Shown in pieces: positions 8,664-18,064 of a stretch of 38,646 nt of DNA. The notes under the pieces were generated by a model. The model worked only from the letters and a program-made list of their open reading frames with translations. It did not search any database and was not told the DNA's origin. The position numbers and the translations under genes were made by a program. Each line of letters opens with the position of its first letter. Within the stretch, counting starts at the first letter, position 1. The stretch lies in the NCBI GenBank assembly GCA_013151235.1, contig JAADIO010000028.1, positions 1 to 38,646 on the forward strand, given 5' to 3'. The DNA comes from Deltaproteobacteria bacterium (GTDB lineage Bacteria; CG2-30-53-67).

Positions 8664-9466
8664 CGAAACACCGAATGGCCATGATCGGCCTGCTGATTAT
8701 CCTTCTCCTTCTGGCTATCGCCCTACTGGCGCCCTTCCTCGCCCCCTATGATCCGTCCGGCCTCGACCTGGCCGGGAACCTGGCCTCCCCCTCTCTTGCC
8801 CACCCCCTCGGGCAGGACAAACTGGGCCGGGATATCCTGAGCCGCATCCTCTACGGCGCACGGGTCTCCGTCAAGGTCGGCGTCTTCACCGTAGGGATCT
8901 CTCTCATCATCGGACTGGCCGTCGGATCCCTGGCCGGCTATGCAGGCCGGTGGGCCGACGAAATCATCATGCGGATCGTCGATATCCTCATGGCCTTTCC
9001 GGGAATCCTGCTGGCCATCGCCATCACCGCCGTCCTGGGGCCTTCCCTGAATCACGTGATCCTCGCTCTCTGCCTCACCGGCTGGGTCGGCTACGCCAGG
9101 CTCATACGCGGGCAGATTCTATCCGAACGGGAACGCGAATACGTCCAGGCGGCCCGATCCATCGGGGCCGGCCCCCTCCGGATCCTCCGCCGTCACATCC
9201 TCCCGAACACGCTGGCCCCGGTCATCGTCGAGGCGACCTTCGGGATGGCCGGAGCGATCCTCTCCGAGGCGGGACTCTCCTTTTTAGGGCTCGGCACCCA
9301 GCCCCCCACCCCTTCGTGGGGCGCCATGCTCAACGAGGGAAGCCATTTCCTCCTGATCGCACCGCATCTCACGATCTTCCCCGGGCTGGCCATCATGCTG
9401 GTGGTCCTGGGGTTCAACTTTTTGGGGGATGGACTGCGGGACTGGATGGATGTACAAATAAAATAA
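8660..9466 (+). CDS. dppC: Peptide ABC transporter permease 2
   Basis: HPLGQDKLGRDILSR, EAA loop EYVQAARSIGA, LSFLGLG.QPPTPSWG and FNFLGDGLRD. TTG start overlaps the upstream stop. Confidence 0.92.
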   Translation: MTKHRMAMIGLLIILLLLAIALLAPFLAPYDPSGLDLAGNLASPSLAHPLGQDKLGRDILSRILYGARVSVKVGVFTVGISLIIGLAVGSLAGYAGRWADEIIMRIVDILMAFPGILLAIAITAVLGPSLNHVILALCLTGWVGYARLIRGQILSEREREYVQAARSIGAGPLRILRRHILPNTLAPVIVEATFGMAGAILSEAGLSFLGLGTQPPTPSWGAMLNEGSHFLLIAPHLTIFPGLAIMLVVLGFNFLGDGLRDWMDVQIK

Positions 9467-9668
9467 GATGGTCTCGTAAAAAGTCACAAAACCCTTCGAC
9501 CCTTCGGCCGGCTCAGGACAGACCCTTCGACATACTCAGGAGAGCCTTGCTCAGGGCGAACGATGTAAGTTATTGATATTCCGTTCGTGTGGTTCGGTGA
9601 GCTCACCATGCTCGGAAGCCTGTCGAACCATGAACAAAATCCGGAAAACGACTTTTTACGACACCATA
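9467..9668. mobile_element. MITE copy 1 (202 bp) with internal REP-like hairpin, IHF site and nested REP units
   Basis: Terminal IRs GATGGTCTCGTAAAAAGTC / GACTTTTTACGACACCATA. AAATAA on both sides (9461-9466, 9669-9674). Homologous to 19374-19505. No ORF. Confidence 0.8.
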
Positions 9669-9710
9669 AAATAAGCGCCCCCAAATAAAATTCGGGGGCG
9701 CTTATTTTAT
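9666..9710. terminator. Bidirectional intrinsic terminator
   Basis: Perfect 17-bp inverted repeat ATAAAATAAGCGCCCCC ... GGGGGCGCTTATTTTAT with A/T tails, between convergent operons. Confidence 0.8.
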
Positions 9711-9728
9711 ATACATTTCAAGCCGGCA

Positions 9729-9893
9729 CTACTCCTGAAGCCGCCGGACCTCCCGCTTCGCCTGAATGTAACGGGGGTTGATGGAAAGAGCCAGCTCGAA
9801 GATCAGCGAACCGTTTTTCCGCGCCAGACTGATCCACTGCAGCACATCGGGGAGGGACATAATTTTAAGATTACCCTGGATCTTACCCACCAC
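9729..9893 (-). pseudogene. 54-aa remnant: DUF4388-like N-terminus joined to a TPR-like C-terminal end
   Basis: Hand translation VVGKIQGNLKIMSLPDVLQWISLARKNGSLIFE-LALSINPRYIQAKREVRRLQE*. GAGGGG RBS. GTG start overlaps the end of ttcA. Below the ORF-track size cutoff. Confidence 0.6.
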
Positions 9894-10662
9894 TTCGGGT
9901 CCCCTCTTTTTCTGCAGTTCCCGACGGTTGCGTCATTGGTCGCGGCAGATAGGATGCCCGGACATTTTGCAGGGAACGCAGAAGGTTTCCTTTCACACCG
10001 GGGGTCTCCGATTCCAGTTCAAGGAGAAGTTCCTTGATACGCCTGCGCCGGGAATGGACGCCCCCTTCATCACAGACCTCTTCTTGTACCGGCAATGCAT
10101 GGAGCCGGGCATAGTCCCGGAGCCATTCTTCGCGGCAATAGGCCAACGGCCGGATCAGCACCACTTCGCCATTAAAGAGTTCCTGCCGGGGAAGCATGGT
10201 ACTGATGTTCCCCGCATAAAACATATTCAGCAGACAGGTCTCCATGAGATCATCCGCATGATGTCCGAAGGCGATCTTGCGAATCCCGAGATCCCGGGCC
10301 GTCCGGAAGATCAGATTCCTGCGGATGCGGGAACAGTGAAAGCAACAGCTCTCCGGCAGGTCCCCGGCACCACAGACCACCCGCCCGGCATCCGCCTCCA
10401 CAATCCGGTACTCTTCTCCGGTTCTGCGGAAATAGTCCGTCAGGGCGCCGACCCGACTGCGACAGGTTCCGAGATCAACATGAATGGGAATCAGGGTGTA
10501 GTGAACCGGGGCGTGTAAGGCATTTTCCCGCAGGAGGTGGAGAAGGCTCAGACTGTCCTTGCCTCCGGAAACGGCGACCAGGATCCGGTCGCCGTCATCG
10601 ATCAACGGGTAATCCCGGAAGGCTTCCCCCATCTTGCGTCGGATCCGTTTGATTAACCCCAT
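9883..10662 (-). CDS. ttcA: tRNA 2-thiocytidine biosynthesis TtcA-family PP-loop ATPase
   Basis: PP-loop AVSGGKDS, CxxC (CFHCSRIRR), GHHADD..ET..LN and LIRPL. Confidence 0.85.
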   Translation of the reverse strand: MGLIKRIRRKMGEAFRDYPLIDDGDRILVAVSGGKDSLSLLHLLRENALHAPVHYTLIPIHVDLGTCRSRVGALTDYFRRTGEEYRIVEADAGRVVCGAGDLPESCCFHCSRIRRNLIFRTARDLGIRKIAFGHHADDLMETCLLNMFYAGNISTMLPRQELFNGEVVLIRPLAYCREEWLRDYARLHALPVQEEVCDEGGVHSRRRRIKELLLELESETPGVKGNLLRSLQNVRASYLPRPMTQPSGTAEKEGTRSGG

Positions 10663-10708
10663 TGCGTATCAACAAGAAAAGGCGGCCGGCACGGACGAGA
10701 AAGCGCCT

Positions 10709-11932
10709 TCATGATTGTCCTTTTGGCGGGTCCCCGGCTTTCAGAAAAAACGCCGCATTACGCAGCCGAGCCTCATCGCTGCCCAAGATTTTTCGTACCT
10801 CCCGGAGACGTTCCGCCGCCACCGTCCGGCTCGGATAGAGCCCGAGACAGAGACGGTAGCAGGTCCGGCCCTGATAACGTCGGGAAAGAAGGAAGAAGTC
10901 GTCGGGACGATGGAGTTTGATGAAGGTACTCTTCAAAGATTCGTTTTCACAATCGAGTTCCACTTCGATCAGAAAGTCCGCCTTTGAAAAACTCGTCGCA
11001 AGCCGATCCCAGAGGGCCACCGCCTGCGCCATCTCTCCGGCACGAAAATGGGCCGAGGCTTGCTTCCAGGGGTCCTTCTCCTTTTTGACGGCAGGAACAT
11101 GCGAAGGAGGAGGCGCTTCCGCTTTTTTCTCCGCCTTTGCAGCCGCCGCAGGAGGTTGAAACGGGACGAGTTCCCTTCCGACTCGTATGAGGTTCTTCCG
11201 GATTTCCCGGGCCAGGTCCGCGTCCTTCACCGGCAGAGCGGCTGCCATCTCGTAAAAAGCCAGCTCCCGATGAAGCTTTGCCGCCGCCGGGTCTACGGAA
11301 ACATTTCGATCTCCCGCTTTCCGATCGGTATTTCCCTCCTCGTTGGAAATGGAATCCTCCACCTTTTGAGACCCGACGGCCATGCCGGCACGATTATAGA
11401 AATCCGCCTTGCGATCCAGGTCCTCCGTACAGGCCGCGGCGGTACTGTAATATTCTGCGGCCTGCAGAAAGAACGCATTCCGGAAATAGATCCGTCCAAT
11501 CTGCGCGTAGACCATGGACTTGTCGATGCGCCGACCATAGGGACGGATTCCCGCATTGAGACCGGGGTCCATCGCAATTGAGTAGACGGGCAGCTTCGTT
11601 GCCCCGGCGTCCCCCTGACGGCGGCTCATATCGAGAATTTCGAACCATAACCGGACGGCATCGTTCACCCGTCCCCGATCCTCATACATCTCCGCCAGGG
11701 TCAGCTTGAACGCAAGATTCTCCGGTTCCTTCCGGCTCAGCTGTTCCAGCAATTCGATCGAAAGAGCCGGATCCTCCGCATACATGGCCCCAATCGAGGA
11801 ATAAGAGGGATGATAGAAATATTTTAGGGGGAAAGAAGACCGTGCCGGAAGAAGGTTCCCCGGAAAAGCCGAACATCCCGCAAAAAGACCGGCACACAAG
11901 AACATCCCGCAAAGATAAAAAAATATTTTCAC
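10709..11932 (-). CDS. TPR-like repeat lipoprotein with possible C-terminal SPOR-like domain
   Basis: Lipobox FAGC, TPR-like helices (LAEMYEDRGRVNDAVRLW; IGRIYFRNAFFLQAAEYY), Ala/Pro linker, C-terminal CYRLCLGLYPSR. Confidence 0.6.
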   Translation of the reverse strand: MKIFFYLCGMFLCAGLFAGCSAFPGNLLPARSSFPLKYFYHPSYSSIGAMYAEDPALSIELLEQLSRKEPENLAFKLTLAEMYEDRGRVNDAVRLWFEILDMSRRQGDAGATKLPVYSIAMDPGLNAGIRPYGRRIDKSMVYAQIGRIYFRNAFFLQAAEYYSTAAACTEDLDRKADFYNRAGMAVGSQKVEDSISNEEGNTDRKAGDRNVSVDPAAAKLHRELAFYEMAAALPVKDADLAREIRKNLIRVGRELVPFQPPAAAAKAEKKAEAPPPSHVPAVKKEKDPWKQASAHFRAGEMAQAVALWDRLATSFSKADFLIEVELDCENESLKSTFIKLHRPDDFFLLSRRYQGRTCYRLCLGLYPSRTVAAERLREVRKILGSDEARLRNAAFFLKAGDPPKGQS

Positions 11933-11971
11933 GTTTATCTGTTTTGCCTCCCTGGACAGAATTCTTTGCCG

Positions 11972-11999
11972 ATTATATCAAGGACGCTCAGCTTTGCAA
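11972..11999 (-). promoter_or_regulatory. Sigma70 extended -10 promoter for the TPR lipoprotein/ttcA operon
   Basis: Minus strand TTGCAA, 16 bp, then TATAAT preceded by TGn. GGAGG lies downstream, before GTG 11932. Confidence 0.6.
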
Positions 12000-12230
12000 G
12001 AGAAAAGGACGGCCTTGGCTGGATCACTGGAGCCACAATGGAGGCTTTCTAACGCTGGAATACTATAGAAGATTGTGGAAAGTCCTGAAAAAATTACGAT
12101 TGACATAACCCGAAAAAAAGAGGTAATCCTATCGGGGATACACCGCTGGACGAAAACGGGCGACTAATAATCACCGGAACAGGCGTACAAACCCGGGCGG
12201 AATCAGTGTCCATAATGAAGGGAGGTACTC

Positions 12231-13355
12231 ATGTCCAGAAAAGAACGTAGAGGTGGCAGAATCGGAAGGTTAGTTTTCATATGTATCAGCCTGCTAGCTG
12301 CGGGCCTGATTTTCAGTAGCGCCGGGGCGGATAACTGCTACGCATTCCGCAGGCTGTTCGGTAGATTCAGAGGCATGGAAAAGGAGCACAAGGGGAGAGG
12401 AACTCAACAAGGAAAGAGCTGCGATTCCATGATACCTGCTATCATTGAAGGTTACGGCACGGACGGACCGTGGGGCATGGAAACGGAAACCATAACAAAC
12501 CCCCTGTGGAGCAGAAAAAAGGTCTCTGTCTTTTTCCCGCGCGGGATGGAGGGCAAAACGCCTGTGATATTCTTCTCCCATGGTTTCGGAGCAACCGACT
12601 GGAGACGCGCATACGAACCGCTAATCAGGCATATGGTCAGCCGGGGTTATATCGTCATATACTCCCCCTATCCGACCATAAGGGCTGACATAAAAAAGCG
12701 TTACAAGACACTCTGGAAGGGTTTCGAGCTGGCAGTGAAACGGTACGACAACCGCATGGACCTGACCCATGTCGTATTCGCCGGTCATTCGTTTGGAGGC
12801 GGGGCCACGCCTGCCATGGCCTACAAGGGCCTCGTGGAAAAGGGGTGGGGCAGAAAGGGCGCACTGCTGTTCATAATGGCGCCGTGGTATTCCTTCGACA
12901 TATCCCCGGAAAAACTGCGGGCGCTCTCTTCCATGCCTATACTTACCGTAATACAAGTATACGACCGGGACCAGATAAATGATCACCGTATGGCCATAGA
13001 TATATACAGAAATATGCAGTTCCCGAAAGGAAAAACGTATTTCCAAGTCGTAAGGTCTCTGGAGATCAACGGTTGCAAACTTATCGCAGATCACGCCACG
13101 CCGGGCCGCAACCCATCCATCCGCCTTAAACAGTACACCGTTTTCAAGGCCTTCGATGCCGCCGCCGATTATCTTTTTCACGGGAAAACGACGGGAGAAA
13201 AGGTTCTGGAAGATCCGGATTCCGGCGGGACCAAAGGGAGCATTCAACCGATCCTTCCCGAGCAGAACCCTGAACCGGAAAAGCCCGAGGATACATACCG
13301 CTTCCCGTGGCATGGCAAGAAAAACCCACGGATCAGACTCGAAAAGTGGAGGTAG
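12231..13355 (+). CDS. Secreted alpha/beta hydrolase (chlorophyllase/cutinase-like)
   Basis: GGAGG RBS, signal peptide, PVIFFSHGFG, nucleophile elbow GHSFGG, candidate Asp and His (ADH). Confidence 0.8.
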   Translation: MSRKERRGGRIGRLVFICISLLAAGLIFSSAGADNCYAFRRLFGRFRGMEKEHKGRGTQQGKSCDSMIPAIIEGYGTDGPWGMETETITNPLWSRKKVSVFFPRGMEGKTPVIFFSHGFGATDWRRAYEPLIRHMVSRGYIVIYSPYPTIRADIKKRYKTLWKGFELAVKRYDNRMDLTHVVFAGHSFGGGATPAMAYKGLVEKGWGRKGALLFIMAPWYSFDISPEKLRALSSMPILTVIQVYDRDQINDHRMAIDIYRNMQFPKGKTYFQVVRSLEINGCKLIADHATPGRNPSIRLKQYTVFKAFDAAADYLFHGKTTGEKVLEDPDSGGTKGSIQPILPEQNPEPEKPEDTYRFPWHGKKNPRIRLEKWR

Positions 13356-13458
13356 TCCTTTACACCGGACGGCCTCCCTTCCAGAGAAACGGCCTCCATT
13401 TTGTGGGACCGCATCTCTCTGAAAGGAAACCCCGGTTTCGTTTGCCGGCTGAACCGCC

Positions 13459-15150
13459 TCAGTAGACACCCACTTGGTCGAAGGCCGACCGAACTCCGGA
13501 CAGCTCGACCCCAGTACCGTACAAGTCAGTGGCAGACTGCTCCAGGGCCACCCTTGCATCAGGGAAACGGGAGGTGGAAGACAGATAGAACATTGCATAA
13601 TAATAGATCTGCTCCGCCTTTTGAAGCCCGATATCCGGGTTCGTGACTATAAGATATGCCGCCTTATTCGGAATCCCCGAGTTGATATGTACGCCTCCGT
13701 AATCGTTTGACTGGTTGCACATCGCTGTAAGGTATTCTTCCTGCGTGTTTTCGGGCTGCCCCCAACTGGATAGCGGAGAGGAAGGATTGTAATCATTCGC
13801 GGGATATGCATCCGTACGGAAGGGAGGGTCGTCCAGCCTGCGCATTGCGTAATAAGCCGGATCCGTATCCGCTATCTTCATTATCTCCTCGCCCGACCAG
13901 TAAGGAAAATCGTCGCCGTAATCAAGTGATACGAACATCCCCATTACGTCGGACCACGATTCATTCAAGGCACCGGACTCCTTGCAATAGATGAGATGGT
14001 TGATCGACTCCGTAACACCGTGGGTTATCTCATGAGCGACGACATCTATTGCGCCCGACAAGGGAGCGAAATATGTACCTCCGTCTCCGTATACGACCTC
14101 GTTGCCGTCCCAAAAGGCGTTTTCATAATTGACATCATAATGTACGGTGGAGACCAGACCATGCGAGGTACGAAAACCGCTCTTGGCGTACCATTTGAAC
14201 AGATAACCGAAATTGTTCAGATAGTACTTCATTACGTAGTTACCATAATAGTGTGCGTCCACAGCGGCGGGGTCATCCCAGTAGTTATCGGAATCAGTCA
14301 GGATCGTGCCCGGGGTAGTTACGGTATTGCCGGCGGAAAAGGTTCTCACAAGAAGGCGAGAGTGAGACAGGGACGGCCTGTCCGCAAGGACAAAGGTCAC
14401 CCCATTGTAATATACCGGGAAACTCTTCACCACACCGTCCACCCCGGCTCCGCTCCCCGGCGGGGCGGTCTGAGACATAACCCTATTATCTACGATGAGT
14501 ATATGTCCATCCACAGCATCCACATAGACATTATATCGTGCCGGGACCGGATGTCCCGTAAACGGAAATTCGACACGGTAGGCCGGATTCATCGCACCCT
14601 CCCAAGGCAGGACAAGGAGGGTGGTCTTTACCGGAGATACCGGAATGGCAAGGTAATCCCTCGCGATCTTCGCACCCTGCTCCGGCGACAACTCAGCCTG
14701 AGGAACCTGACGCCCCCCACCTTTCATGTTGTTCACAACCGTCCGTACCTGTCGACCGAGGATCCGGAGTATTATTCCCCCGCCCATGACATCAAGCCCC
14801 CCCGCCTTCTGCCGAAACCGGACAAATATCCCCACGGGCGTTGAACGACTGGTTGAAAAGCGCAAATCCTTCTCCGGTTCGTGCAAACCGAACAGGCTCC
14901 GATTATCCTGGAGGAAGGCCCGAGCAATTTCCACCGGGTCGGAGGATCCAGGCCTGGTCAGAACCCCGGAAATGGATCGAACCACGGCGTGTCTCTTATC
15001 CCAACGTACATACAGAGACTGTGACGACAGACTGCGCATACGGGACAGGCATTCCTGCCGCCCGTCCCGAAGCGGCGCGGCAAGCGCCCCGAAGGCACAC
15101 ATGGCAAGGAGCAAACCGACGAGCAGCAAAACAGGTATTGATTTTTTCAT
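13459..15150 (-). CDS. Thermolysin-family (M4) metalloprotease precursor
   Basis: Signal peptide, FTP/PepSY-like propeptide, AAVDAHY, NAFWDG, HEITH, GALNESWSD and GGVHINSG. Confidence 0.93.
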   Translation of the reverse strand: MKKSIPVLLLVGLLLAMCAFGALAAPLRDGRQECLSRMRSLSSQSLYVRWDKRHAVVRSISGVLTRPGSSDPVEIARAFLQDNRSLFGLHEPEKDLRFSTSRSTPVGIFVRFRQKAGGLDVMGGGIILRILGRQVRTVVNNMKGGGRQVPQAELSPEQGAKIARDYLAIPVSPVKTTLLVLPWEGAMNPAYRVEFPFTGHPVPARYNVYVDAVDGHILIVDNRVMSQTAPPGSGAGVDGVVKSFPVYYNGVTFVLADRPSLSHSRLLVRTFSAGNTVTTPGTILTDSDNYWDDPAAVDAHYYGNYVMKYYLNNFGYLFKWYAKSGFRTSHGLVSTVHYDVNYENAFWDGNEVVYGDGGTYFAPLSGAIDVVAHEITHGVTESINHLIYCKESGALNESWSDVMGMFVSLDYGDDFPYWSGEEIMKIADTDPAYYAMRRLDDPPFRTDAYPANDYNPSSPLSSWGQPENTQEEYLTAMCNQSNDYGGVHINSGIPNKAAYLIVTNPDIGLQKAEQIYYYAMFYLSSTSRFPDARVALEQSATDLYGTGVELSGVRSAFDQVGVY

Positions 15151-15201
15151 AACCGTTCTCCTTTTGTTGTTATTCTGTTATCGAACCATAAAACAACTTG
15201 T

Positions 15202-16233
15202 TCACTCCACACGCGCTATAAATTCGAATATCATATCGAGCATGGTGCTTCCCGAGACGCTTTCGAGAGAGCCTATGGAATGACCTGCGGAATCGACTCG
15301 TACAAGTTGAATCGAATCGTTGCAAAAAGACCATGTCGTGATCGAACCGTTCACCGTGGCGTCGGCATCACCGCCGTCCACGATCCCGCTGCATTTCGCC
15401 GTTACCCTGTCTTGAAGAAAGGACCGCTCGCCTATTATGACGGGATCTATAAATGCCTTAGGGCTCGCGGATACGACCCACGGATCGATTGTCCATGTCT
15501 GGTCCTCCCAGTGACTAACGTCCTGCAGTACCATGTCGTCGGATCCGACAATACCCATATAAGGTCTTACCACGACGGGAGAGCATGCCGCCGAATTAAG
15601 AAAGTGCTCCGATGGAGGCCCCGATATAGCGATGTATGCATCGAATATCTCAGGGGCCTCGCACCAAATACGATTCACCATCATCCCGCCGTTCGAATGG
15701 CCGACGATGAAGAATCTCGTGATCTTGTACTGCGCATTGATGAAAGCAACCAGGTCGGACATGAACTGCATGTCGTCCCCGCCGCTCGTCATCACATAGT
15801 TCTCCCAAGTGTAGGCCTTAGGCTCTTCCGCGATTGCCTTCCCCTGAGGGAATACCGCAAGCACCTTATTGTCGATAAGTACCTGTTCGTTCACATCGCT
15901 GTAGTCGGAACCGACCTTGCTCAGATTGATGCCGAGTTCATACGCAAAATTGTGTTTAGTTCCTCCTCCACCATGCAGGAAGATAACGGTCTTGTCCGCG
16001 TTGGTCGCCCGGTATATATCGAAACTGTTCGGCGCCGTGTCAAGAGTCAGGTCCGACGCAACAATCACAGTAGGCTGCTCGGGGAGGGTCGTAGTTATGG
16101 AGCCGCCACCCGAACCACCTCCCGAGCCGCATCCGAAAAAGAGGGCAGGCAACATAATAAACAGCGGGATAAAAATAATGTAGGCTCGATTTTTCTCGAT
16201 GAACGCAGTCACTCCCGATTCAGCCAACACCAC
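15202..16233 (-). CDS. LpqC/PHB-depolymerase-like alpha/beta hydrolase lipoprotein
   Basis: Lipobox FFGC followed by a Gly/Ser linker. LHGGGG, VFPQG, GHSNGGMM..R..CE, GH near the C-terminus. Confidence 0.8.
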   Translation of the reverse strand: MVLAESGVTAFIEKNRAYIIFIPLFIMLPALFFGCGSGGGSGGGSITTTLPEQPTVIVASDLTLDTAPNSFDIYRATNADKTVIFLHGGGGTKHNFAYELGINLSKVGSDYSDVNEQVLIDNKVLAVFPQGKAIAEEPKAYTWENYVMTSGGDDMQFMSDLVAFINAQYKITRFFIVGHSNGGMMVNRIWCEAPEIFDAYIAISGPPSEHFLNSAACSPVVVRPYMGIVGSDDMVLQDVSHWEDQTWTIDPWVVSASPKAFIDPVIIGERSFLQDRVTAKCSGIVDGGDADATVNGSITTWSFCNDSIQLVRVDSAGHSIGSLESVSGSTMLDMIFEFIARVE

Positions 16234-16375
16234 CTCCTACGCTAACTTTTATTTGAACACCGATGCTGAAAGACCCGATCAACGTGCGAACTGTATACCC
16301 GGACACGAAACTCCTCACTGCCAAAGTCAGACCAGAATTCAATCACATACCGCCACGGCTATACGATGCCCCATC

Positions 16376-17626
16376 TCAGAGAAGGGGTATACCCGTATAT
16401 GCTCGGAAGATCCCCTCGGTGCAATACAGATCGCTGCATGTGGGGTCCGCCGGGTCTTTCCTGTTATAGTATATATAAGGGCCGTCGCCGGTTATGAAAA
16501 CCTCCGGGTCGGTGCGCGCACGAAGCAAGGTGTCGTCGCTTATCTGTCGGAAAAACGGGTTGGCCGGATCTATGTTGGCAAGCCATATCGAGGTCGGATA
16601 GTCGTAACCATTTATAGTTAATTGCATAAATATATAAGAATGTCCGTTGTAGACGAACGGTTCCGGCGAACCAATCCTTGCCAGAGGCGCCACAATGGAA
16701 TAGATCTTCGTCCATTCCAGCCGGCCGTCATTGTTTGCATCGATACGACGATAGATCCTTATAACCGACGAGCGGCTATTGGCATCATATATGTTGACGA
16801 AAAAGATATATTCGTCGTTATACTCGGGCGCCGGCCACATCCAGGGGGAAGTGGTATTCTTGTAACCTTTGTCAAAGGTCATTTGTTCCAGGGCCTTTGT
16901 GTCTACATCATAACTGAAGACCTGAGATGTCCCGTCTATCGGGGACTTCGCAACAAAGATAACGCTGTGGGAACCTTCCACCCAGCGGACGGGCCTTCTC
17001 GAAGGGGCGATTAGGGGGATCCGTCCTTGCATTGTATAATTGTTGATTTGCCGCCAATCGTGATTATGAGAAGTGTCCATATACGTAATGCGGGGGGCGG
17101 GATCATCCATGTCCGAGCTTCCGTAAGGCGCACTGAATGCATAACGTGGAGAGAGTGTCGTGTGGACCCAGGCACCGGCAGGATCCATCTCCGCAATGGC
17201 GATCCTGGCGGTTTCCGCGGTATGCGGACGATAAGGTAAGAACCTGGTATAGACGATCTTCGGACCCTCCGAGGTCTGCAGCCACTCCGGACCGTTCATA
17301 GTAATATTAACAAGGTCATTCGTGTCCAGGGCATAGGCATCCACCAATACGGCCTTCCCGGATGAGGGCTCAAACATGCCGGAGGAATCCAATTTGCCTA
17401 TCCAGAGACGCCCCTTACTATCGACCCAGGTGAACTGCGAGCCGGTCTGGTCATACTCGGGATCAATCAGGTCATGCTGTGATGAGACCTGTGTTTCATT
17501 CGGCAGGAACTCAAGACCGAGGGCAACAGCCGAAAACTCAGGCAGGCAAACTGCTTCAACCAAGCATAATGTAAAGGCTAAAACTCTAAACATAGCCCAT
17601 ATCGCTCCGCTCTTCATGCTATACAT
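16376..17626 (-). CDS. Secreted hypothetical protein, probably beta-propeller (TolB-like repeats)
   Basis: ATG 17626 after AAGGGG, hydrophobic signal, repeated DPE/GPEW/SPEP motifs and QVFSYD..LEQMT. Beta-rich. Confidence 0.6.
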   Translation of the reverse strand: MYSMKSGAIWAMFRVLAFTLCLVEAVCLPEFSAVALGLEFLPNETQVSSQHDLIDPEYDQTGSQFTWVDSKGRLWIGKLDSSGMFEPSSGKAVLVDAYALDTNDLVNITMNGPEWLQTSEGPKIVYTRFLPYRPHTAETARIAIAEMDPAGAWVHTTLSPRYAFSAPYGSSDMDDPAPRITYMDTSHNHDWRQINNYTMQGRIPLIAPSRRPVRWVEGSHSVIFVAKSPIDGTSQVFSYDVDTKALEQMTFDKGYKNTTSPWMWPAPEYNDEYIFFVNIYDANSRSSVIRIYRRIDANNDGRLEWTKIYSIVAPLARIGSPEPFVYNGHSYIFMQLTINGYDYPTSIWLANIDPANPFFRQISDDTLLRARTDPEVFITGDGPYIYYNRKDPADPTCSDLYCTEGIFRAYTGIPLL

Positions 17627-17783
17627 GCCACCCCTTTCAGACCCTGCGTACGGGTCGTCTTCTCCCTTCCAGGGTTGGTGTGCGGTCAGACTCAAAACAG
17701 TCCGCCCCTCCATACCCGGTCCGCCGTTGCCGGATTTATGCTCCTCAAGGTGAATCAGGCCGAGCCACCACACGCACCGGGTT

Positions 17784-18038
17784 TCAAACAGATACTTTCC
17801 GGCGTCTCTTTTCAAATTTGTTCAGGCTGTCTATGAGACAACCGATGACATCCGAGGCGACCGCTATAATTTGCGGATCCGAGCATCCAGCCCTCTTCAA
17901 CGCCCTGAAGAATGCCGTCGCAACACACTTGGAAAACGTCTCCGGATCATTCAACGCCTTGACGATCTTTTCTTCCAGAATCATTCCGCCCCTCACGGAT
18001 TGTGGGGATCCCTCATTTTGCATTCCATTTGTAACCAT
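17784..18038 (-). CDS. Small helical hypothetical protein (84 aa)
   Basis: AAGGAAG RBS before ATG 18038. Fills the gap between two co-directional genes. Amphipathic pattern ATAFFRALKRAG.SDPQIIAVASDVIG. Confidence 0.6.
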   Translation of the reverse strand: MVTNGMQNEGSPQSVRGGMILEEKIVKALNDPETFSKCVATAFFRALKRAGCSDPQIIAVASDVIGCLIDSLNKFEKRRRKVSV

Positions 18039-18064
18039 AGCCACTTCCTTCCGGCAAATGCCTC

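Noticed and set aside
9490-9630. Repeated CCCTTCG units as a CRISPR array or structured ncRNA
   Set aside because: No regular repeat-spacer period and no cas genes. Explained by REP units in a MITE that has a second copy at 19374.
12100-12130. TTGACA upstream of the 12231 hydrolase as a promoter
   Set aside because: No convincing -10 hexamer at 16-18 bp spacing.
13377-13426. Imperfect hairpin between the convergent hydrolase and M4 genes
   Set aside because: Several mismatches and no clear U-tract; too weak to call a terminator.
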